Source: Thermoplasmata archaeon
Lineage (GTDB): Archaea; Thermoplasmatota; Thermoplasmata; Lutacidiplasmatales; UBA184
Length of the DNA: 64,000 nucleotides
Reading direction: 5' to 3'
Assembly (NCBI GenBank): GCA_035933635.1
Contig: DASYYY010000005.1
Location: 4-64,003 of the forward strand
In this document: one piece after another, positions 56,350-64,000 of the stretch
Position numbering within the stretch: the first letter of the stretch is position 1
Layout of the letters: each line of letters begins with the position of its first letter
Translations under genes and position numbers: made by a program
The notes under the pieces: model-generated
Told to the model about the DNA's origin: nothing
Seen by the model: only the letters and a program-made list of their open reading frames with translations
Database searches by the model: none

Positions 56350-57803
56350 GCCGGGCCCGTCGTGGCTACGTCGTGGCACCCGAAGGAGAGCCCCCCGCCC
56401 CGCGGCTGTTCGGGACCGACGGGATCCGTCTGGTGGTGGGGCGCGAGCTGACGCCCGAGCTCCTCACGAAGGTCGTCTCGGCGCTCGCGGCCTACCTCCG
56501 GGGTAACGGCGAAGTGCTCCTCGCGCGCGACTTCCGCACGACCTCGGAAGCGATCGCGCGCGTGGTCTCCGGCGGGCTGCTGATGCAGGGCATCCACGTC
56601 CGCGACCTTGGCGTGATGCCCACGCCCTGTCTCCAGTTCAATGTCCGCCACCTCGGGGCGACGATGGGGGTGACCGTGACCGCCTCGCACAACCCCACCG
56701 AGTTCAATGGGCTGAAGCTGACCGGCCCCGAGGGCCTGGAGCTCCCGCGCGACGGCGAGGAGTTCATCGAGCGCTCGATCCACACCGGCGACTTCCCTTC
56801 CGGGACCTGGGACCACGTCGGGGCCTATCGCGCGGATTCCGACGGCATCGACCGGTACCTGCGATCGATCGTTTCCCACGTCGACGTCGAGGCGGTCCGG
56901 CGCTTCGCTCCGACGGTGGTCCTGGACAGCGGCAACGGTACCAGCCTGCTGACGGGGCCGCCGCTGCTGCGCGAGCTCGGCTGCCGCGTGATCACGCTCA
57001 ACGCCAATCCCGACGGATACTTTTCGGGCCGACCCTCCGAGCCGAGCGAGGAGAACCTCGCCGAGCTCCGCCGGGCGGTCGTCGAGTTCGGGGCGGCGGT
57101 CGGGATCGCCCACGACGGCGACTCCGACCGGATCGCATTCGTCGATGAGCAGGGCCGCTACATCCCCGGCGAGGTCGCGCTCGCGGTCTTCGCCCGGGCG
57201 CGACTGAAGGAGCATCCGCACGCGACCATCGTCACCAGCATCACCTCCTCCACGGCCGTCGCCGACGTCGTGCGCGAGATGGGCGGCAGGCTCGTCGAGA
57301 CGCGCTCGGGCTCGCTGCCCGTGGCCCGCGGGGTCGTCGAGAGCCGGGCGATCTTCGCTGGCGAGGAGAACGGCGGCTACTACTGGCCCGAGCACCAGGT
57401 CGCCCGCGACGGTCCGATGAGCTCGGCGAAGATGGTCGAGCTTCTCGCCCACGAGCGTCGGCCCCTCTCGGAGATCGTCGCCGAGATGCCCACCTACACC
57501 GTCCTCAAGACCAAGGTCCCGCTCGCGCAGGAGGCGCTCGCCGCGCGTCCGATCAAGGAGTACGTCGTGCGCGAGGCGCGCCGCCGGCTCGAATCCGGCG
57601 CCCAGCGGCTGATCGACATCGATGGGATCAAGGCCCACTATCCGGACGGCTGGCTCCTGGTCCGACCCAGCGGGACCGAGCCGATCTGCCGGGTGTTCGC
57701 CGAAAGCCGCGACCCCGCGCGCGCCAAGGAGCTGCTGGCCCAGGGCGTGGACCTGGTTCAGGAGCTGCTCGGGGAGTGGAAGCGGCACGCGCCGACGGGG
57801 TGA
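56346..57803 (+). CDS. Phosphoglucosamine mutase / PMM-PGM family alpha-D-phosphohexomutase
   Basis: LFGTDGIR, TASHNP, DGDSDR, GEENGG, RPSGTEP. Confidence 0.95.
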   Translation: MSRARRGYVVAPEGEPPAPRLFGTDGIRLVVGRELTPELLTKVVSALAAYLRGNGEVLLARDFRTTSEAIARVVSGGLLMQGIHVRDLGVMPTPCLQFNVRHLGATMGVTVTASHNPTEFNGLKLTGPEGLELPRDGEEFIERSIHTGDFPSGTWDHVGAYRADSDGIDRYLRSIVSHVDVEAVRRFAPTVVLDSGNGTSLLTGPPLLRELGCRVITLNANPDGYFSGRPSEPSEENLAELRRAVVEFGAAVGIAHDGDSDRIAFVDEQGRYIPGEVALAVFARARLKEHPHATIVTSITSSTAVADVVREMGGRLVETRSGSLPVARGVVESRAIFAGEENGGYYWPEHQVARDGPMSSAKMVELLAHERRPLSEIVAEMPTYTVLKTKVPLAQEALAARPIKEYVVREARRRLESGAQRLIDIDGIKAHYPDGWLLVRPSGTEPICRVFAESRDPARAKELLAQGVDLVQELLGEWKRHAPTG

Positions 57804-57851
57804 GCCGCTGGTGCCGGCCGCCGCCGGAATGGCCGCTCGCCCGCGCGGAGA

Positions 57852-58364
57852 TCACGTCGAGGGAGGGGCACCGAACCGCGCGGCCCAGTCGGTCATGAGG
57901 ATGTCCCGAACCGGCTTGTAGACCTGGTCGTAGAACCCACGCCGCGATTCCAGCGTGGCCCGGTCGAACTTGCCGATCCGCTTCTCGGCCTCGGACCACG
58001 CCGCCCGGAAGTTCTCGGTCGTGCCGAACCGGGAGGCCACCTGCCGCTGGAACGCCTCTTCAGTCTGCGGCTCCCCACCGATGATGAAGACGAGCCCATC
58101 GGCGTTCGTGTCCCGCACCGCCTCGTCGTCGCCGAGCTTGTAGTAGGTGCGACCTTCCGACGAGGCGGCGCCTTCGGCGTGTTCGCCCGGGACCCCCGAA
58201 CGGCTCGCCAGGAACCCGCGCTTGGCCGCGGCGTAGAAGATCGCGCGGTTCAAGCCCCACGAGTACGCCGAGTTCCGAGGCAACCCCAACGCCGAGGCGC
58301 GAGCGGCCTGGAGCATGGCCATCACGGTGAACCGGGAGATCCGGCCCCGGCGCGGCGCGGGCAC
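57852..58364 (-). CDS. Conserved hypothetical protein
   Basis: Globular-looking sequence with RF.VMA.LQAAR...SWGLNRAIFYAAAKRG; GC-rich third codon positions. Confidence 0.7.
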   Translation of the reverse strand: MPAPRRGRISRFTVMAMLQAARASALGLPRNSAYSWGLNRAIFYAAAKRGFLASRSGVPGEHAEGAASSEGRTYYKLGDDEAVRDTNADGLVFIIGGEPQTEEAFQRQVASRFGTTENFRAAWSEAEKRIGKFDRATLESRRGFYDQVYKPVRDILMTDWAARFGAPPST

Positions 58365-58455
58365 GATGGTGGCACCCCACCGGTGTGAAAAAGAGGACCG
58401 TCCGAAAACCGAGCCGTTCGCGCCCCGGACCGACCGATCGGCTGGAGGCACCCAG

Positions 58456-58800
58456 CTACCGGGCGGTCAGGGTGACGCTCGTGAACTCGCGGAACAGCAA
58501 CTGCGAGGGTCGGTCGGTGGCGAGGAGCCAGTGGTCGAGGTTGGCGAGGACCTCGCGGTGGGCGTCGCAGGTCCGGTACACCTTCCAGGCCAGCAATGGG
58601 CGGACCGTCACTCCCTCCGAGCGGAGCACGGTGAGTTCATTGCGCGCATGGGCGCGACACGGTCGAACCACGGTGGCGGGGACCGGGTCGGCGAGTCCCT
58701 CGTAGCCGTAGTCCCGGGCCTCCCAGAACTCGCAGTGGGGGTCGGGGATCGAGATCGCGAACGGGTTCTCCTCAGCGAAGTGTGAAACTTCCACGGCCAT
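58456..58800 (-). CDS. Small hypothetical protein with Cys/His residues
   Basis: 114-aa ORF filling the gap, co-oriented with neighbours, normal amino-acid composition. Confidence 0.6.
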   Translation of the reverse strand: MAVEVSHFAEENPFAISIPDPHCEFWEARDYGYEGLADPVPATVVRPCRAHARNELTVLRSEGVTVRPLLAWKVYRTCDAHREVLANLDHWLLATDRPSQLLFREFTSVTLTAR

Positions 58801-58880
58801 GGACCAAACTCCCCTCCCGACTTTTTCTACGGGGAGGTTACCTCATATCACCGGGGAGGGGACTGCGACCTCTCCGGCGG

Positions 58881-60137
58881 TCAGGATCGGGGGAGGCGCG
58901 GGGTCGGCGATTCATCGAGACCCCAGCGCCAAACCGATGGGGAGAGCACGAGGAAAACGTTCGTCAGGAGCGTGCCGACTCCGGCGATGAGGTACGCGTT
59001 CGAGATCCCGTACAGGAAGACGAAGACGCCGCCCAGCGCGATCCCCGCCGGGATCATCGCGAAGCTGCCGGCCTCGTCGGTGGCGAAGTAGCGCCCGAGG
59101 TATTCGTCGGGGACGGTGCGGTGGACGCCGGAAAGCCAGGTCGTGTTCCCCACGGACAAGAGCAGGCCGGCGGCGATCTCGAGCGGGACGGCCAGGAGGA
59201 GCGAACGGACGAACGCGAGCGCTACGATGAAGAAACCCACCGAACCCCAGCTCGGCAGGATCCATTGGCCGGGGGCGCGCTCGGCGTGCAAGCGGCTCGG
59301 GAGGACCGCACCGACGGCGAACCCGGCGGTGGTCGCGGCGACGAGAATGCCAAACCCCGCCGCACCCTGCCGGAGCTGGACGGCGACGTAGACGACCTGG
59401 AAGCCGCCCCAGATCGACAGGAAGAAGTTCGCGGCCATCGCCGAGAGCGTGATGATCAACAGGGGCCGCTGCGACCGCAGGTAGCGGAGCCCGGCCGCCA
59501 CCTCCCCGAGCAAGGAGCTCGGTTCCTGGGGCCCCGCCGTCGCTGCCCGGGCCGTCGACGACGGGATCACCATGAGCAGGATCATCGTCGCCGAGATGGC
59601 GAAGGTCAACGCGTTGAACGCGAGCCCGGCGACGGCGCCCACCGTCACGAGGAACACTCCCCCGAGCGGGCTTCCGACGAACTGGGCGACGGTGGTGCCC
59701 CCCTGGAGGAGCCCGTTGCCCTCCGTGACCTCCTCGCGGTCCAGGATACGGGGAACGGTCGCGTTGGTCGCCGGACGGAAGACGGTCGTGAAGGTCGCGG
59801 CCGCGAACATGACGCCGATGAGCAGCCCCGGTATCGCTCCGTAGAGCAGCACGAGCACGGCCAGGGCCCCGAAGCACCCGACCCGCGCCAGGTCGCACCC
59901 GACCAGCACGCGCCGGCGGTCGAGCCGGTCGATCAACGCCCCGGCCAGCAGCCCGAACGCGAGGGTCGGGACGAACTGGACGATCCCGAGCAGCGAGACG
60001 GCGAGGGCGGAGCCGGTGGTACTGTAGACGAGCCAGGTCACCACCAGGGTCCCGACGGCCGCACCCAGGGAGGACGTGACCGAACCGATCCAGAGCCGCC
60101 GGAAGTTCGGCCGGCGTAGGACCGTTGAGGCGTTCAT
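58881..60137 (-). CDS. MFS transporter (DHA3/macrolide-efflux-like)
   Basis: NFRRLWIG, GALIDRLDRRRVL (motif A), about 12 TM helices, VPDEYLGR. Confidence 0.92.
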   Translation of the reverse strand: MNASTVLRRPNFRRLWIGSVTSSLGAAVGTLVVTWLVYSTTGSALAVSLLGIVQFVPTLAFGLLAGALIDRLDRRRVLVGCDLARVGCFGALAVLVLLYGAIPGLLIGVMFAAATFTTVFRPATNATVPRILDREEVTEGNGLLQGGTTVAQFVGSPLGGVFLVTVGAVAGLAFNALTFAISATMILLMVIPSSTARAATAGPQEPSSLLGEVAAGLRYLRSQRPLLIITLSAMAANFFLSIWGGFQVVYVAVQLRQGAAGFGILVAATTAGFAVGAVLPSRLHAERAPGQWILPSWGSVGFFIVALAFVRSLLLAVPLEIAAGLLLSVGNTTWLSGVHRTVPDEYLGRYFATDEAGSFAMIPAGIALGGVFVFLYGISNAYLIAGVGTLLTNVFLVLSPSVWRWGLDESPTPRLPRS

Positions 60138-60670
60138 TCCGCCGCGGACCCGGCATCCCGGAGTTCCCGTATGCGTGTCTCCCACTCCGGGAGCGGGACT
60201 CCGTCGAGCTGGGCCACGAGCCGGTCGAGGAAGGCCTCGGCGCCCGCCCGGAAGCCTCGGGCCGTGCTCGGGGTCAGGTCGCGGTGCGTCAGCGTCAGCA
60301 GCGTGCCGTCCTCGAACGGGGCGAGCTCCCAGCGGACGACGCTGACCTCCCCCTTGGGGAATCCGGCGCTGGGATCGACGTTCCACTCATGCTCGAACAG
60401 TCGGGGCGGCTCCCACGCGAGGACCCGCCCGGTCGCCCGCACACGAAAGCTCCCGGTGGTCGACTCGACCCGGCCACCGACCCTCCCCTCGATATGGACC
60501 TCCGAGAGGTACCAGTGGCGGAGCTCGGCGGGATCGGTGATCGCCGTCCAGACCCGCTCGGGGGGGTGGCGCAGGAATCGACGGAGCTCGAGAACCGCCC
60601 GCCCCCCGACCGATCGATCGGCGTGGAGGGCCGCCGCGTTCGGCGGCGGCCGATGGGGAACGCCGCTCAT
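60134..60670 (-). CDS. SRPBCC/AHSA1 ligand-binding protein
   Basis: RFLRHPPERVWTAITDP..L..W, G.VL.WEPPR, GTLLTLTH. Confidence 0.88.
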   Translation of the reverse strand: MSGVPHRPPPNAAALHADRSVGGRAVLELRRFLRHPPERVWTAITDPAELRHWYLSEVHIEGRVGGRVESTTGSFRVRATGRVLAWEPPRLFEHEWNVDPSAGFPKGEVSVVRWELAPFEDGTLLTLTHRDLTPSTARGFRAGAEAFLDRLVAQLDGVPLPEWETRIRELRDAGSAAE

Positions 60671-61029
60671 CGGTGCCCCCGGGACCCGGCGCGCTTGGCC
60701 GTGGGCGCCGGTGTGCGATCGAGGAACGATTCGAGCGCGTCGAGTTCGGTCTTCCAGTACTCTCGGTACTTCGACAACCACGCGTCCACGGAGGCGAACC
60801 CGTCGGAGCGCAGCGAGTAGAACCGGTGGCGGCTCTCGAGGCGGACCCGGACCAGTCCCGACTCGCGAAGCACCCTTAGATGCCGCGACAGCCCCGGCTG
60901 GCTGACCGTCGGGAAGGCGCGCCCCAGCTCACCGGCGCTCCGCTCGCGACGCGTCAAGAGATCGAGCAGCTGCCGTCGCGTCGGGTCCGCCAGAGCGCCG
61001 AAGGCGTCCATAGCTCGCGACGGTTCCAT
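60667..61029 (-). CDS. ArsR/SmtB family transcriptional regulator
   Basis: FGALADPTRRQLL, SQPGLSRHLRVLRESGLV; alternative start 61011. Confidence 0.92.
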   Translation of the reverse strand: MEPSRAMDAFGALADPTRRQLLDLLTRRERSAGELGRAFPTVSQPGLSRHLRVLRESGLVRVRLESRHRFYSLRSDGFASVDAWLSKYREYWKTELDALESFLDRTPAPTAKRAGSRGHR

Positions 61030-61115
61030 AACCGCGCCGCTAATTATCGTGGAGGGCGAAAGCGTCGTGGCCGGTGGCGCGGCGAAATCAAGCGAGAGGG
61101 CCGACCGCACAATAC

Positions 61116-61131
61116 ATAACTAAAAAGTTAT
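61116..61131. promoter_or_regulatory. Palindromic operator candidate ATAAC-N6-GTTAT between divergent arsR and VOC genes
   Basis: ATAAC TAAAAA GTTAT, a perfect inverted repeat in an AT-rich patch. Confidence 0.65.
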
Positions 61132-61193
61132 ATTCAGGTCAGGGCTGGGCCCCTCGTTGCGTCGCCGCGTGCGGCGCGCTCCCGAGGCATGCG

Positions 61194-61610
61194 ATGGAGG
61201 GCAAGATCACCCAGGTGACGCTCGTCGTGACCGACCAGGCCAAGGCGCTGAACTTCTACACCGAGAAGGTCGGCTTCGAGAAGAAGACCGACGTGGCGGT
61301 GCCCGCCGGCTACCGTTGGGTGACGGTCGGACCGAAGGGCCAGGACCTCGAGCTCGCCCTCTGGGCCGTGGGCACCGCGGCCGACCCCGAGCAGGCCCAG
61401 TGGACCAAGCATTGGGCGCCCGCCAAGGCGCCCCCGATCGTGCTGCGGGTCGCGGACTGCCGCAAGACCCACGCCGAGCTGAGCGCGCGGGGCGTCGAGT
61501 TTCCCCAGCCCCCCAAGGAGTATCCCTGGGGGGTGTCGGCGACCTTCAAGGACCCCGACGGCAATCTCTTTTCCCTGAGCCAGCCGCCCGCCGCGTGGTC
61601 GAAGGGTTAG
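61194..61610 (+). CDS. VOC (glyoxalase/bleomycin-resistance) family protein
   Basis: V.DQ.KA..FYTEKVGF, L.ARGVEF, PWG..A.FKDPDGN. Confidence 0.92.
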   Translation: MEGKITQVTLVVTDQAKALNFYTEKVGFEKKTDVAVPAGYRWVTVGPKGQDLELALWAVGTAADPEQAQWTKHWAPAKAPPIVLRVADCRKTHAELSARGVEFPQPPKEYPWGVSATFKDPDGNLFSLSQPPAAWSKG

Positions 61611-61643
61611 CCGTACCCTGTGGCAAGGGCCCGCCGGGTTGCG

Positions 61644-62522
61644 TTACGATTCGGCGATCGCCTGGGAGAGCGCCGAAGCCTTGTTGGGCCCGACGTCGGT
61701 CCGGAGCGCACGCGAAGCCAAGACCAGCGCGAGCCCGACGAACAGCGCGGCCCACGCAAGCAGGCCGGCGAGGTAGACCCCGACCGAGTAGGGGTAACCT
61801 GCGGTCCCGAACAGGCTCATCCGCATGACGTTCACCGCCAGGGAGATCGGATTCACCGCGACGATGTACTGCAGCCAGGCCGGCATGATGTTCACGGGGT
61901 ACATCGCGTTCGAGGTGAGTAGGATCGGGAGCTGGAGGATGGTCACCACGCCGAAGTAGCTCTCGATGCGCTGGGCGGCGAAGCCGAACGACAGGAACAG
62001 GGCGGTGAAGGCCACCGAGAGCACGAGCGCGGCGGCGAGGAATTGTGCCGCGTCGAGGACGGTGACCCCGGCACCCACGGTCAGACCCGCGACGTTGGGC
62101 ACGTGGGCGAGGAGGAGCGCGAACCCCACAACGAGGAAGGCCGGTATCAGCGTCAGGATCCCGCGGAACACCAGCGACGCCAGGAAGACCGCCCGGCGGG
62201 AGATCGGCGTGGAGAGGATCCGCTGGAGGATCCCGAGCTGCTTGTCGAAGATGATCCCGGTCCCCGAGAACATCGCCGCCGTCACCGAGGCGAAGGCGAC
62301 CATCCCGACGGCGAAGTAGGAAAAGTAGTTCGGCGCGCCGCTGAGCACCTGCGCGAGCGCGCCGGCCGGCGTTCCGGGAGGCAGCAACTTGCCCAGGTCG
62401 AACGCCTGGCCGAACAACAGGAGGTACAGGATCGGGCTCATCAGACCCGAGATGACCCAGGTTGGGGCCCGGATCCAGCGCAGGTACTCGCGTCGGATCA
62501 GCGACAGCGCCGGGAACATCAT
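61644..62522 (-). CDS. ABC-2 exporter permease (DrrB-like)
   Basis: P.LYLLLFG, D.Q.G.L..IL.TPISR, SNAMYP...MP.WL, NPIS. Confidence 0.9.
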   Translation of the reverse strand: MMFPALSLIRREYLRWIRAPTWVISGLMSPILYLLLFGQAFDLGKLLPPGTPAGALAQVLSGAPNYFSYFAVGMVAFASVTAAMFSGTGIIFDKQLGILQRILSTPISRRAVFLASLVFRGILTLIPAFLVVGFALLLAHVPNVAGLTVGAGVTVLDAAQFLAAALVLSVAFTALFLSFGFAAQRIESYFGVVTILQLPILLTSNAMYPVNIMPAWLQYIVAVNPISLAVNVMRMSLFGTAGYPYSVGVYLAGLLAWAALFVGLALVLASRALRTDVGPNKASALSQAIAES

Positions 62523-63589
62523 GGGCGCTCTCCTTCGCCGGCGGTCGGGGTCGGTGGCGCGGCCGCCTCCGGCTTCGGGGTTTCCCCCTCCTCGCGGTAG
62601 GCACGTCCGGTGAGGTCGAGGAAGACCTCATCGAGGGTGGGCTTGACGACGGTGACGCCTCGGACGGTGATTCCGGCCTGCTCGGCGGTCAGCACGACCT
62701 TCGGGACGAGCTGCTCGCCGCTCAGGCACTTCACCCGGTAGGTGTCGTCGCGGCGGGTCACCGCCTTGACGCCCGGCATTTTTTGCACCAGGGGAGCCAG
62801 GTCGGGGGAGCCGGGCGCGACCGTGACCTCCAGGGAATCCCCGCCGACGCCGTCCTTGAGCTGCTTGGGAGTTCCCAGGGCGATGATCTTGCCGTGGTCG
62901 ATGACCGCGATCCGGTCGCAGAGTTGGTCGGCCTCGTCGAGGTAGTGGGTCGTCATGAACACCGTCATGCCCTCGTTTTCCCGCAGCGAACGGATGTAGC
63001 TCCAGAAGCCGGCGCGGCCCTGGGGGTCCAGCCCCAGCGTCGGCTCGTCCAGGAACAGCAGCTTGGGGCCGTGGACCATCCCGACGGCGAGTTCGAGACG
63101 CCGACGCATCCCCCCCGAGTAGGTCTTGACGAAGCGATCACCGACGGTAGCGAGGTCCATCCGGGCGAGGAGCTCGGTGATGCGCGCGCTCACCGCCGGT
63201 CCGGACTGGCCGTAGAGTCCGGCCTGCAGCATCATGTTCTCGCGCCCGGTAAGCTCCTCGTCCGCGGTGGACTTCTGGAACACCAGCCCGAGCATGCGTC
63301 GGACCTCGTCCGGGCGGACCGCCACGTCGAGCCCCTCGACGGTAGCGTGGCCCGAGGTGGGCTTGAGCAGGGTCGTAAGGATCGAGATCGTCGTCGTCTT
63401 GCCCGCTCCGTTCGGGCCGAGGAAGCCGAAGATCTCACCCCGGCCGACGTAGAAGCCGACCCCGTCGAGCGCAACGGTCGGCGACGCCTCGGCGTTCGGC
63501 CCGGGGTAGACCATGCGCAGGTCCGAGACGGTAATCACCGCGTTCGGGTGCACTGCGGGGTCGGGAGCCGAGACGACCGCTCCTTGCAT
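62519..63589 (-). CDS. ABC exporter ATP-binding protein (DrrA-like)
   Basis: GPNGAGKTT, YSGGMRRRL, LFLDEPT, TTHYLDEAD, PTLDEVFL.LTG; start uncertain. Confidence 0.95.
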   Translation of the reverse strand: MQGAVVSAPDPAVHPNAVITVSDLRMVYPGPNAEASPTVALDGVGFYVGRGEIFGFLGPNGAGKTTTISILTTLLKPTSGHATVEGLDVAVRPDEVRRMLGLVFQKSTADEELTGRENMMLQAGLYGQSGPAVSARITELLARMDLATVGDRFVKTYSGGMRRRLELAVGMVHGPKLLFLDEPTLGLDPQGRAGFWSYIRSLRENEGMTVFMTTHYLDEADQLCDRIAVIDHGKIIALGTPKQLKDGVGGDSLEVTVAPGSPDLAPLVQKMPGVKAVTRRDDTYRVKCLSGEQLVPKVVLTAEQAGITVRGVTVVKPTLDEVFLDLTGRAYREEGETPKPEAAAPPTPTAGEGERP

Positions 63590-63947
63590 CGGTTCGTGCC
63601 TCCTGTTCCGTCCCCCACGCGCCACCCTCTATCTCTTCACCTGTGCTCCGACCCCACGCTCCCGCTCTTGTCCACCCCCTCCGGTTTCCCTCCGTACGAT
63701 CGTCGACGACCCCTCCAGTTTGCGCTCGTAGTCGTAGGGTCCAAAGACGACATGGCGTAGGCGTTCGGCACTCCAGGGCTGTAGGTACTCGGCCGCGATC
63801 ACGACGCCGGGACGCCCGGGCGGGGTGATGCTGGCGACGCACCGCGGAGGCTCACGACGGGTGATTCCCGGGCGCGCGGGCGCGGAAGCGTCGCGGCAGG
63901 GCCGAAAGTTATGAGGCGCCGAAAGGCTCCCTTCGAGAATCCCTGCT

Positions 63948-64000
63948 GGGCCCGTAGTATAGCTTGGACATCACAGAGGCCTCCGGAGCCTCGAACCCGG
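63948..64000 (+). tRNA. tRNA-Arg(CCG), 5' portion (truncated by window end)
   Basis: GGGCCCGTAGTATAGCTTGGACATCACA-GAGGC-CTCCGGA-GCCTC-GAACCCGG; AAAGTTAT TATA-like element upstream. Confidence 0.85.

Noticed and set aside
63629..63802. 57-aa minus-strand ORF or leader upstream of the DrrA-like gene
   Set aside because: Short, with a purine-run low-complexity tail and no motif; cannot be supported as a gene.

Overview
GC-rich archaeal chromosomal window. Gene content and order (Hef, kptA-rpoL, TFS-asnS, Alba, type II GAPDH, rpoE'-spt4-DUF359-rps24e-rps27ae, DUF373, TATA-like promoters) point to an archaeon, plausibly a Thermoplasmata-like lineage (inference). About 60 CDS and two tRNAs (Leu-GAG; Arg-CCG cut by the window end) are supported. 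I saw no CRISPR array, integrase or transposase. Most notable: (1) a cytoplasmic histidine kinase with 10 PAS domains, nine in an exact 372-bp tandem register with a 4-domain super-repeat, followed by two stand-alone receivers; (2) an effector-less STAND ATPase-TPR gene preceded by an ATPase-less paralogue and coupled to ubiE/menG; (3) a G1 glutamic peptidase, a very divergent G1-like protein and a pair of paralogous secreted orphans; (4) a DUF1614-RDD membrane fusion with a possible HEPN-like linker; (5) two ArsR-SRPBCC modules sharing a candidate operator; (6) a 13-bp copy of the tRNA-Leu anticodon arm bracketing an MBL-fold gene. Product calls come from motif recognition only, and several start codons are my choice among alternatives.
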